Assembly (NCBI GenBank): GCA_965662575.1
Contig: CBFIHN010000001.1
Location: forward strand, 26,852 to 90,851
DNA length: 64,000 bases
Direction: 5' to 3'
Source: Gammaproteobacteria bacterium
GTDB lineage: Bacteria; Pseudomonadota; Gammaproteobacteria; Francisellales; CACEW01
Shown: piece after piece, positions 46,095-54,977 of the stretch
Layout of the letters: each line of letters starts with the position of its first letter
Position numbering within the stretch: the first letter of the stretch is position 1
Notes under the pieces: model-generated
Told to the model about the DNA's origin: nothing
Seen by the model: the letters and a program-made list of their open reading frames with translations, nothing else
Databases searched by the model: none
Made by a program: the position numbers and the translations under genes

Positions 46095-47525
46095 TTAAGC
46101 CAAACGAATTTTGCTTAGGACAAATGAAAAATCGACCTGCAACATCTTACACGCCGCAAAAACAAGTACTAAGCAACCAACCACCCAGGCAATAAAATCA
46201 AATAGCACTTGCATAAAAACACCATCACTAAGCAAGGGCAATAGGTAAGCAGTCGAGGAAAACAGCACCAGCACTACAATAAAGCCGTTAATCTTACCGT
46301 AGTGCAAACCTATAGATAGCAAGCGCTTTGAAAAGAAATAAGCAAAAAGAGAGCTTACAAATAAAGATAATAAGAAGCTTACGGCGGCTCCCATCAGTCC
46401 AAAATAGCGAACCAAGAAATAGTTTAAAGCCAAGCTAACAATGGCTGCGCTTAGCGTTACCCACAAAACTCTAGAACTTTTAAAATAGAAAACCACATTA
46501 ATATAAAACACATAGATTAAGTTAAATAGGTAGGCAATAGCAAAAGCTGGCAACAACTTCCAACCTTGATAATACTGAGCCCCAAAAAACAATTTGAAAA
46601 TCAGCGGCGATGCAATACTGACTGAAAAAGCAAGCAACGCAAAAACAAATAACACTTTATAACAAAATGGCGCCAATGCTGATGTGTCTTTTTTTGCTAT
46701 TTTTTCAAAGCATAAGGGTGAATACGCACTATTAAACCCTGTAATAACGATACCAAATAATAGCGCAAACTGACTGGCAACACCGTAAATACCCAAATCA
46801 GATGCTCCCAAGTATAAATTCACGAATACGCGATCAAGATATACCATTAACAAGCTAAATACGGCATGTGGCACTAACGGCAGCGCATAGGCAAAGCATT
46901 GCTTTGCCAGTTTGATAGTCACTCGGAATAGATAATTTCTTAGCGCATGCACCAAACCCAAAACATATAAAACAACATTAGCAGCTAAAAGACCATAGAA
47001 ATACCCTTGATAACCCAAATGAAAAATAATCACTAATCCCAAAATAAATACAACACTTAACGTGGTATATAAAATCCCTAGCAAACTATAAAGCTTTGCT
47101 TTCTTATGCGTTTGAAAATACGTTAGAAATAAGGTGTAAAAGCTACTTAAAAAGCAAATTGCCAACAACAATAAGAAGTCTGACCAACTCAAGCCTTTAA
47201 ACAGCACTTGAGAAAACAATAGATAAACAATCGTGGTTAACCCAGCGACTAATAAGCAAGCGAAATGGTTTAAAACAAATAAATTACCCCACAACTGTTT
47301 AACCTTAAGCGGACGTGCAAAGCGGTAAGTAAACACAGGACCAGCACCATATAAACCGAGTCCAAAAAGCGCAGTCAACACTGACATCAGTGTTAAGAAA
47401 AAAGTAATTTTACCCAATGCATAAGGAGATAATACATGCGTTAAGGCTGGCAATAGTAAAAAACCTATTGCCTTTTGTAGAAAATTAAAAGCTATGTATA
47501 TGGTTGCTTGTTTGCCTGAGGACAC
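46095..47525 (-). CDS. wzx: Wzx-type polysaccharide flippase (MOP superfamily)
   Basis: 476 aa with ~12-14 TM segments. The N-terminus (IYIAFNFLQKAIGFLLLPALTHVLSPYALGK) is typical of O-unit flippases. Confidence 0.75.
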   Translation of the reverse strand: MSSGKQATIYIAFNFLQKAIGFLLLPALTHVLSPYALGKITFFLTLMSVLTALFGLGLYGAGPVFTYRFARPLKVKQLWGNLFVLNHFACLLVAGLTTIVYLLFSQVLFKGLSWSDFLLLLAICFLSSFYTLFLTYFQTHKKAKLYSLLGILYTTLSVVFILGLVIIFHLGYQGYFYGLLAANVVLYVLGLVHALRNYLFRVTIKLAKQCFAYALPLVPHAVFSLLMVYLDRVFVNLYLGASDLGIYGVASQFALLFGIVITGFNSAYSPLCFEKIAKKDTSALAPFCYKVLFVFALLAFSVSIASPLIFKLFFGAQYYQGWKLLPAFAIAYLFNLIYVFYINVVFYFKSSRVLWVTLSAAIVSLALNYFLVRYFGLMGAAVSFLLSLFVSSLFAYFFSKRLLSIGLHYGKINGFIVVLVLFSSTAYLLPLLSDGVFMQVLFDFIAWVVGCLVLVFAACKMLQVDFSFVLSKIRLA

Positions 47526-47541
47526 AGAAAAACCAATTCAC

Positions 47542-48597
47542 TCAAGAATACAAACACATCGGTAAGCTAGCTACCTGCTCAGATAGGCGCTCAGATATTG
47601 GGCAATTAGCCGACTCATCTAAAAACGCTGGCTGTTTATGCAATGGCACGGGGTAATGAACCGTTGTTGGAATACCTTGTGCCTTAAGCTCTTCTTGGAA
47701 CTGAGCACGATTTGGCACACGCACCGTATATTGTCCATAAACATGCTCACGATTGGGCATCACTTTGGGTGTAATGACTTCTGTGCCAGCATATTGTTCC
47801 TGGTATTGCTGCGCATTTTTTTGTCGTGCTTTTAATTCTTGATCAAAGTATTTAAGCTTTACCTTTAAAATCGCTGCTTGCAGGGTATCTAAACGCGAGT
47901 TAATACCGATGCGGCTATGATAATAGCGTTTGCTTTGGCCATGCACTCGAATTTCACGCATCGCTTGTGCAACTTGATCATCAGAGGTAAATATTGCCCC
48001 CCCATCACCATAACAGCCTAAAGGCTTGGTGGGGAAAAAGCTGGTCGTGGCAATATCAGAAACATTACACGACTTACGGCCTTTATATTTTGCACCAAAG
48101 CTTTGTGCGGCATCTTCTATGACATAAATTTTATGGCCGAGCCTTTGTGAATATTGTTCTGCAACACGGTTGATTTTATCCATATCAGGGATTTGACCAT
48201 AGAGCGAAACCGGAATAATGGCTTTGGTTTTATCCGTGATTTTATCAGCAATTAAACGATGGTCGATTAAATAACTGTCTTCTTCAATATCAACAAATAC
48301 CGGCTTTGCCCCTAGCAAAGCAATAGTTTCGGCAGTTGCAATAAATGTGAACGGCGTCGTGATCACCTCATCTCCAAGACCAACACCAATTGCCATCAAG
48401 GCAATTTGCAATGCATCGGTACCATTAGCACAGCTAACACAGTGTTTTGCACCCGTATAGCTTTCCAGTTGTTCTTCAAGCTCGCGTACTTGTGGGCCCA
48501 TGATGAACTTACCTGATGCCATAACATCTAGAACAGCCTGATCAATCTCTTGTTTATGCGCTTGGTACTGCGCCTGAATATCAAAAAATGGTTTCAC
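47542..48597 (-). CDS. wbpE: UDP-2-acetamido-2-deoxy-3-oxo-glucuronate aminotransferase (DegT family, WbpE/WlbC-like)
   Basis: The N-terminus KPFFDIQAQYQAHKQEIDQAVLDVMASGKFIMGPQV is WbpE-like, and the PLP-Lys context is FFPTKPLGCYGDGG. The preferred start is GTG 48597, after the wbpD stop. The longer ORF-track start overlaps wbpD by 95 nt. Confidence 0.8.
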   Translation of the reverse strand: MKPFFDIQAQYQAHKQEIDQAVLDVMASGKFIMGPQVRELEEQLESYTGAKHCVSCANGTDALQIALMAIGVGLGDEVITTPFTFIATAETIALLGAKPVFVDIEEDSYLIDHRLIADKITDKTKAIIPVSLYGQIPDMDKINRVAEQYSQRLGHKIYVIEDAAQSFGAKYKGRKSCNVSDIATTSFFPTKPLGCYGDGGAIFTSDDQVAQAMREIRVHGQSKRYYHSRIGINSRLDTLQAAILKVKLKYFDQELKARQKNAQQYQEQYAGTEVITPKVMPNREHVYGQYTVRVPNRAQFQEELKAQGIPTTVHYPVPLHKQPAFLDESANCPISERLSEQVASLPMCLYS

Positions 48598-48613
48598 CTT
48601 TACTAGTACCTTA

Positions 48614-49186
48614 TTAATCTCTGAGAAAAACTCTATCACCTTCCAACCGATATTGACAGCCATCTTGATCAACTGCAACATCTTGCGTATCAAACTGCAG
48701 CTTCTCACCTAATCGATCAACCCAGCCTATCTGCCGTGCTGGAACGCCTGCCATTAAGCCAAAAGGCTTCACGTCTTTGGTCACTACCGACCCCGCACCA
48801 ATTAATGCATACTCACCGACCGTAACACCACAGACAATCGTTGCATTCGCACCCACTGAACAGCCTTTTTTAAGCAGGGTTTTCTTAAACTCTTCTTTAC
48901 GATTGACATGGCTGCGTGGATTAATCACATTGGTAAACACCATCGACGGCCCGAGGAACACATCATCTTCACACTCAACACCATCATAGATCGAAACATT
49001 GTTTTGAACTTTGATATTATTGCCAAGGGAAACATTCGGCCCAACGACACAGTTTTGCCCAAAGGAACAACGTTCACCAATTTTGCTGCCAGAAAGAATA
49101 TGACAGAAATGCCAAATTTTAGTATCCATGCCGATTTCAACTTGGTCGTCGATATAACTACTTTCGTGGACGAAATAGTTACTCAC
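48614..49186 (-). CDS. wbpD: UDP-2-acetamido-3-amino-2,3-dideoxy-glucuronate N-acetyltransferase (WbpD/WlbB-like)
   Basis: 190 aa LbH protein. It has the WbpD-like N-terminus [26 protein letters not shown]. The GTG start overlaps the HEPN gene's last codons by 8 nt. Confidence 0.8.
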   Translation of the reverse strand: MSNYFVHESSYIDDQVEIGMDTKIWHFCHILSGSKIGERCSFGQNCVVGPNVSLGNNIKVQNNVSIYDGVECEDDVFLGPSMVFTNVINPRSHVNRKEEFKKTLLKKGCSVGANATIVCGVTVGEYALIGAGSVVTKDVKPFGLMAGVPARQIGWVDRLGEKLQFDTQDVAVDQDGCQYRLEGDRVFLRD

Positions 49187-49655
49187 TATAGAATCCTTTT
49201 TTTATAGAAACATTTTTGAGGTTTGAATAAATATCTAATAATTCGGAATGTGAACCGTAAATTTTATTGATTGCATCAGCCACTTCAGCATCATTTGTAC
49301 CATACTCATGCGCCAATTCATTACGCGCATTTCTAAAGTCTACCCAAGTATCTTTATCTAGAATCTCCATTTTCTCTAATCGATTCAAAAGGTCTAAAAA
49401 ACTTTGATTATCGGTATATTCTTTTTCCAAATGCAAATAAAGCTTAAAAAGCTTTTTCCCCATAGTGTCCTGAAGCTTTGAAAAGCGAAATAAAAACTGA
49501 TCTATACAACGCCCCTGGTTTTCATCTAAATGCTCGTATGCATCTCCAGTTAATGGCATAAATTTACCCATTAACTCAACAACCGAGGCAATGCGCTCCA
49601 CATGTCGGTCACACCCATAAAAAATTTGGATTAATTTTTGCTGTTCTACATTCAT
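49179..49655 (-). CDS. HEPN-domain protein (HI0074/HepT-like putative toxin)
   Basis: 158 aa predicted all-helical protein with the R-x4-H HEPN motif in [12 protein letters not shown]. Its start overlaps the upstream MNT gene's stop (ATGA). Confidence 0.7.
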   Translation of the reverse strand: MNVEQQKLIQIFYGCDRHVERIASVVELMGKFMPLTGDAYEHLDENQGRCIDQFLFRFSKLQDTMGKKLFKLYLHLEKEYTDNQSFLDLLNRLEKMEILDKDTWVDFRNARNELAHEYGTNDAEVADAINKIYGSHSELLDIYSNLKNVSIKKGFYSE

Positions 49656-49939
49656 AACAAAATCCCTGTACGCATGGCTTCTTGCTCAATCAACCTTTCT
49701 TGATCTTTCGCAATCACAATGTCAATTTTTTGCTCACCTATACGATCCTGTAATCGCATTGAAAATTGCGATTTCTGTTTAAACTCATCCACCAATTTTT
49801 GCGGACAAAGATATAAATCAATATCGCCACCACGACGGCTATCGTCAACTCGGCTACCAAACAAATAAACTTTGCCTTCACCAAAAACTTCAGCAAAGGT
49901 TTGTTTGATTGCCTGATGATCATAGTCACTGATACGCAT
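49652..49939 (-). CDS. Minimal nucleotidyltransferase (MNT/MntA-like putative antitoxin, Pol-beta superfamily)
   Basis: 95 aa. Motif LFGSRVDDSRRGGDIDLYL (G-S ... D-x-D) plus a third acidic residue in KIDIVI. Confidence 0.75.
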   Translation of the reverse strand: MRISDYDHQAIKQTFAEVFGEGKVYLFGSRVDDSRRGGDIDLYLCPQKLVDEFKQKSQFSMRLQDRIGEQKIDIVIAKDQERLIEQEAMRTGILL

Positions 49940-49947
49940 AATAAGGC

Positions 49948-50901
49948 TCAGCGACTAGCCGCTTCTTTTAACAAAGGATGATAATCACCTTGCAAACCCA
50001 ATGGTTTTAATTGGCGCACTTGGTAGACCGTTTCAATCGCCTGACGCGCTTTATCAATACCAAAGCCATTGCCTTTTAAAATTTCTTGATAACTTAACGT
50101 ATGCAAATCAGTAAACCCACCCGAAAACTCAATCTCTTCACCACCAATGGTAATCGAGCGATAAGTACGCTGAGATTTTTCTTTGATTTCATCAGGCAAA
50201 TTATTGGCATCAACACTTAAAAACCAACGCACGCGCGCTTGTTTAAACTCGAGATACCCTGCCATCGTCGCATCTTCAGCTAAATGCACTTGATTTTTAG
50301 TGACTTCACCAAACAACCAACCCAACATATCAAAAAAGTGCACACCGATATTGGTAACGACTCCACCAGATTTCTGCTCATCACCTTTCCACGAACGATG
50401 ATACCAGGCACCTCGACTGGTGATATAAGCCAAATCAACCTCATAAACTTTATCCGCATCGTCTTGCTCAATTTTTTTCTTGAGCTCAACCAAAGCTGGA
50501 TGCATGCGAAGCTGAAGAATATTATTAATTTTATGACTGCTTTGTTTCTCGGCAAGCTCTAAAGCTTCCAAATCATCTGGCGTTAGGGTTAATGGCTTTT
50601 CACAAATCGCATCGCAATCATGGTTTAAGGCAAAACGCACATGGGCATTATGCAAGTAGTTAGGCGAGCAAATACTGATATAATCAATCTGGTTACCTTG
50701 TGCCTGCCAGCGATTTAAATACGTATCCAACTGCTCAAGCTCAGTGAAAAAAGCAGCATCCGGAAAATAACTATCTAAAATCCCGACCGAATCAAAAGGA
50801 TCAAAACCTGCTCGCAAATTATTGCCTGTTTCTTTAATTGCCTTCATATGGCGTGGCGCGATATATCCTGCAGCACCAATTAATGCGAATTCTTTGTTCA
50901 T
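49948..50901 (-). CDS. wbpB: UDP-N-acetyl-2-amino-2-deoxyglucuronate 3-dehydrogenase (Gfo/Idh/MocA family, WbpB/WlbA-like)
   Basis: 317 aa. The N-terminus FALIGAAGYIAPRHMKAIKETGNNL is characteristic of WbpB. Confidence 0.8.
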   Translation of the reverse strand: MNKEFALIGAAGYIAPRHMKAIKETGNNLRAGFDPFDSVGILDSYFPDAAFFTELEQLDTYLNRWQAQGNQIDYISICSPNYLHNAHVRFALNHDCDAICEKPLTLTPDDLEALELAEKQSSHKINNILQLRMHPALVELKKKIEQDDADKVYEVDLAYITSRGAWYHRSWKGDEQKSGGVVTNIGVHFFDMLGWLFGEVTKNQVHLAEDATMAGYLEFKQARVRWFLSVDANNLPDEIKEKSQRTYRSITIGGEEIEFSGGFTDLHTLSYQEILKGNGFGIDKARQAIETVYQVRQLKPLGLQGDYHPLLKEAASR

Positions 50902-50907
50902 AAAGCT

Positions 50908-52155
50908 CTACAACCTAAATATACTTTTTTCTTTTGGAAAAATACCTTTCAAATCGACCAGCAAAGCATGTTTTGGCAGCTGTTGATTACGGTACTGCTT
51001 ATGAGGCACTGCCACAATCGCTAGGTCGTACGTTGTGCTAATGTCAAATTCGCTCAAGATGGAAAAGCCATACTCATGCATCACTTCCTCAGCATCCGCA
51101 TGCGGATCAAAAACTTCCAGATCAACCTGATATTCTTGCAGCTCTTTAATTAAATCAAAGACCTTAGAATTACGAATATCCGGGCAATCTTCTTTGAAGG
51201 TAACACCTAAAACAGCCACTTTCGCACCTGAAATGGATTTGCCATTTTGAATCATACGCTTCACGACTTCTGATGCAACATATTTCGCCATGCCATCATT
51301 AATTCTACGCCCCGCCAACAAGACTTGCGGATGGTAGCCTAATTTTTCTGCTTTATGCGTTAAATAATATGGATCAACACCGATACAATGACCACCGACA
51401 AGCCCTGGGTTATATTTATGAAAATTCCATTTAGACGCCGCCGCATCAAGCACCTCATGAGTATCAATGCCCATTAATGCAAAGATTTTGGACAACTCAT
51501 TAACAAACGCAATATTTAAATCCCGCTGGGAATTTTCAATCACTTTCGCAGCCTCAGCAGCCTTGATTGAACTGGCACGACATACACCAGCAGTGACCAC
51601 AGACTCATAAACTTCAGCAATAATATCAAGGATCTCAGGGTTTTGACCTGAAACAATTTTTAAAATCGTGGTAAAGGTGTGCTCTTTATCACCAGGGTTA
51701 ATGCGCTCAGGAGAATAGCCCACAAAAAAATCGACGCCACACTTAAGCCCAGAATATTCTTCTAAAACTGGTACACAGTCCTCTTCAGTCGCCCCTGGAT
51801 AGACTGTTGACTCATAGACAACAATATCACCTTTTTTCAACTGCTCACCGATTATTTTTGAAGCACCTAAAAGCGAGGACAAATCAGGCTGATTGGCCTC
51901 ATTGATTGGTGTTGGCACAGCAACAATATGAAAATCAGCTTTTTGCAAATCTTGGGCATTGGCCGTTAACAGCAAGTCAGCTTGCACCAAATCCTGATCA
52001 GAAACCTCTAAGGTATCATCATGACCTGATTTAAGAGCATCTATACGCTTCTGATTAATATCAAAAGCAACCACCTGGTGCTTCTTACCAAAAGCTACCG
52101 CAACTGGCAGCCCAACATAGCCTAAGCCAACCACTGATATTTTTCGTTTTGTCAC
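50908..52155 (-). CDS. wbpA: UDP-N-acetyl-D-glucosamine 6-dehydrogenase (WbpA/TviB/WbpO family)
   Basis: 415 aa nucleotide-sugar dehydrogenase. ISVVGLGYVGLPVAVAF and catalytic GGHCIGVDP. It lies immediately upstream of wbpB. Confidence 0.8.
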   Translation of the reverse strand: MTKRKISVVGLGYVGLPVAVAFGKKHQVVAFDINQKRIDALKSGHDDTLEVSDQDLVQADLLLTANAQDLQKADFHIVAVPTPINEANQPDLSSLLGASKIIGEQLKKGDIVVYESTVYPGATEEDCVPVLEEYSGLKCGVDFFVGYSPERINPGDKEHTFTTILKIVSGQNPEILDIIAEVYESVVTAGVCRASSIKAAEAAKVIENSQRDLNIAFVNELSKIFALMGIDTHEVLDAAASKWNFHKYNPGLVGGHCIGVDPYYLTHKAEKLGYHPQVLLAGRRINDGMAKYVASEVVKRMIQNGKSISGAKVAVLGVTFKEDCPDIRNSKVFDLIKELQEYQVDLEVFDPHADAEEVMHEYGFSILSEFDISTTYDLAIVAVPHKQYRNQQLPKHALLVDLKGIFPKEKSIFRL

Positions 52156-52249
52156 CTTTATTTTCTCACTTTTTCACAAACACGTTTAATTTCGATTAGA
52201 ACACTGACCCGAGAGCGTCGACTGCTCAACCTTTGGAATAGACATAACA

Positions 52250-52360
52250 ACGATTGCCACACTCACAACTTCATCACCTAGGTCAAGATATTTTTTACAC
52301 AAAATGGAAGCCAACAAAACCCGCAACACCTATTATCAAAAGCTTCGCGGGGAGCCTCAT
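52250..52360 (-). pseudogene. N-terminal relic of an NAD-dependent epimerase (UDP-glucuronate 4-epimerase-like)
   Basis: In the 219-bp spacer, ATG 52360 gives MRLPAKLLIIGVAGFVGFHFV*. A 1-nt shift at ~52297-52300 continues CKKYLDLGDEVVSV. Together these match the start of such epimerases (..[30 protein letters not shown]..). The rest of the gene is absent. Confidence 0.55.
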
Positions 52361-52374
52361 CAACCACTATAAAA

Positions 52375-53547
52375 TCAGGCGCCAAGTATACACGTCAAAC
52401 AATTTATAACATAACTTTGATCTTCTTCACTCATTGTTGGATACATCGGCAAGCTCAATGCATGACGATAATAATTTTCTGCCATTGGAAAATCACCCCT
52501 TGAAAAACCAAACTTTTCTCGATAGTAATACTGCAAATGTACTAGTGGGTAATGCACATGCACACCAACATTCTGTGCGCGCAATTGATCGAACACCACC
52601 TGGCGATCAACATGCGTTTGGTTATGATCTAACTGAATAACATACAAATGAAAAGCACTATAGTTATCTTTAGCAACTGTAGGTGTGATCACGGGCAAGC
52701 CTTGTAACAACGAATGATACCGCTTAACCAGCTGATGACGTTTAGCAACAAACTCATCAAGTCGTTTAAATTGAGATATCCCCAATGCACACTGAAAATC
52801 AGTAATACGATAATTAAAGCCCAGCATTTGTTGCTGATAGTACCAACCACCATCAAATGCACCGATGACTTTACTGGGGTCACGTGCCATACCATGAGTT
52901 CGCAACTGCATCATTTTATCGGCCAACTCAGGATCATTGGTTAACGCCATGCCACCTTCACCCGTGGTCACAATTTTCACCGGATGGAAACTAAATATCG
53001 TGATATCTGAATACGCACAGCTCCCTATTTTGCTATCTTTATAACGACCACCCACCGCATGGCTGGCATCTTCAATAATTTTAAATCCATACTCATCAGC
53101 CAGTGCTTTAATATGAGCCATATCACAAGACTGTCCTGCAAAATGCACAGGAATAACCACTTTAGGCAACTGACCCACGGCCCTTGCTTGCTGCAACTTC
53201 TGCTCTAGCGCAATGACAGACAGATTAAAAGTTTCTGGGCAAATATCAACAAAATCTATTGCTGCACCACAATACAACGCACAGTTTGCAGAAGCTAAAA
53301 AGGTGTTCGGCGACGTCCACACGATATCGCCGTCGCCAACCCCCAAAGCCAAGCAGGCTAAGTGTAAAGCCGCCGTTGCATTACACGTCGCGACGGCATA
53401 ACGTGCAAGACAGTAATCCGAAACCGTCTGCTCAAACCTTGCCACGTTAGGCCCGGTGGTTAACCAATCAGTTTTAAGCACTTTAACGACTTCCGCTATA
53501 TCCTCATCACTAATCGCAGCACGGCCATAAGGAATAAATTGATGCAT
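52375..53547 (-). CDS. DegT-family aminotransferase, PseC-like (UDP-4-amino-4,6-dideoxy-HexNAc transaminase type)
   Basis: ATG 53547 ([17 protein letters not shown]) overlaps the ugd stop. Motifs: WLTTGPNVARFE, FSFHPVKIVTTGEGG and VHYPLVHLQYYYREKFGF...SLPMYP, which are typical of PseC-type enzymes. Confidence 0.7.
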   Translation of the reverse strand: MHQFIPYGRAAISDEDIAEVVKVLKTDWLTTGPNVARFEQTVSDYCLARYAVATCNATAALHLACLALGVGDGDIVWTSPNTFLASANCALYCGAAIDFVDICPETFNLSVIALEQKLQQARAVGQLPKVVIPVHFAGQSCDMAHIKALADEYGFKIIEDASHAVGGRYKDSKIGSCAYSDITIFSFHPVKIVTTGEGGMALTNDPELADKMMQLRTHGMARDPSKVIGAFDGGWYYQQQMLGFNYRITDFQCALGISQFKRLDEFVAKRHQLVKRYHSLLQGLPVITPTVAKDNYSAFHLYVIQLDHNQTHVDRQVVFDQLRAQNVGVHVHYPLVHLQYYYREKFGFSRGDFPMAENYYRHALSLPMYPTMSEEDQSYVINCLTCILGA

Positions 53548-54869
53548 TAACAACCCCCTCGCCCAATACCGTAATACTCAAACCCAAGCTTTTTGAGATA
53601 GTTTAGATCGTAAAGGTTACGCCCATCAAAAATAACGGCCTCCTTGAGCTTCTGTTTAATCAACTGAAAATCTGGACTACGAAACTCCATCCACTCGGTG
53701 ACAACAACCAACGCATCCGCATTGTCAAGCGCTTGTTCGGGGTGCGACACCAACTGTAGATCAGCGCGTTCACCATAAAGATCAATAAAAGCTGGCATCG
53801 CTTCAGGGTCATAGGCCTGAACTTTTCCCCCCGCCTGCCATAAAGCCTCAATCAACACACGGCTTGATGCTTCACGCAAATCATCGGTATTGGGTTTAAA
53901 TGCCAGCCCCCAAACCGCAATCACTCGACCTCGTAGATTTCCCGCAAAGTGTTGTTGAATTTTCTCAAACAACACCTGTTTTTGCTGAGCATTAACCGCC
54001 TCTACTGACCTTAATAATTGCGCATCATAATTAGCCTGTGCCGCAGTATGTTCCAACGCTGAGACATCTTTAGGAAAACAAGAGCCACCATAACCACAGC
54101 CTGGATTAATAAATGAAAACCCAATCCGTGAATCTGAACCAATCCCAATACGAACTTTTTCAATATCCGCACCCACACGCTCAGCAATTTGCGACATTTC
54201 ATTCATAAAAGAAATTTTCGTCGCCAACATGGCATTGGCCGCATATTTTGTCATTTCTGCCGACTCAAGATCCATGGCAATTAATTTTTCTTGATTACGA
54301 TTCACTGGCACATACAAATTATGCATAACCGCTAATGCGCGCTCTGACTCACTACCAATAATAACTCGATCCGCTTGCATAAAGTCCTCAATTGCCGCGC
54401 CTTCTTTGAGAAACTCGGGATTAGACACCACATCAAACTCAAGATGCTTGTTGCTGAGTGCCTGTGCAATAATGGCCGCGACTTTTTTCGCCGTACCAAC
54501 GGGCACCGTTGATTTATTGACAATTACTTTATAAGCATTCATCGACTGGCCAATCGATTTAGCAACGGATTCAACATATTGCAAATCCGCTGAACCATCG
54601 GCCTTTGGCGGTGTACCGACCGCAATAAAAATAACCTCGCCGAACTCAACAGCACAACGAGCATCATCGGTGAATTCAATGCGCTCGGCGTCAATATTAT
54701 GACGCAACATATCGCTTAACCCCGGCTCATAAATCGGGCTCTCACCACGTCGCAACATAGCCAATCGGGCAGGATCAATATCAACACAACACACATGGTT
54801 ACCCATCTCTGCAAAACAGGCGGCCGTCACCAAGCCAACATAACCCGCACCGAAAATACTCAACTTCAT
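53547..54869 (-). CDS. ugd: UDP-glucose 6-dehydrogenase
   Basis: The preferred start is [23 protein letters not shown] (54869). Catalytic GGSCFPKD, with full-length Ugd collinearity. Confidence 0.9.
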   Translation of the reverse strand: MKLSIFGAGYVGLVTAACFAEMGNHVCCVDIDPARLAMLRRGESPIYEPGLSDMLRHNIDAERIEFTDDARCAVEFGEVIFIAVGTPPKADGSADLQYVESVAKSIGQSMNAYKVIVNKSTVPVGTAKKVAAIIAQALSNKHLEFDVVSNPEFLKEGAAIEDFMQADRVIIGSESERALAVMHNLYVPVNRNQEKLIAMDLESAEMTKYAANAMLATKISFMNEMSQIAERVGADIEKVRIGIGSDSRIGFSFINPGCGYGGSCFPKDVSALEHTAAQANYDAQLLRSVEAVNAQQKQVLFEKIQQHFAGNLRGRVIAVWGLAFKPNTDDLREASSRVLIEALWQAGGKVQAYDPEAMPAFIDLYGERADLQLVSHPEQALDNADALVVVTEWMEFRSPDFQLIKQKLKEAVIFDGRNLYDLNYLKKLGFEYYGIGRGGC

Positions 54870-54977
54870 ATAAGAGCCCTTAGGATAGATCATATGCATT
54901 ATACGCAAAACATTGCCAATATTTCATGTATACTCATCAGCTAAATTAACCTTGATCATGGCAACATCCTCGCCACA

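Larger units (their letters stand above)
44710..46098 (+). pseudogene. 159-codon hypothetical ORF interrupted by the IS630-family element
   Basis: ATG 44710 (AGGTGA lies 11 nt upstream) opens MNSQGLHAY-. After removing the IS and one TA copy, the frame runs uninterrupted into 45651-46098 (-YLGRSALQKASVIELQK...SSNKIKL*). No recognisable domain. Confidence 0.6.
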
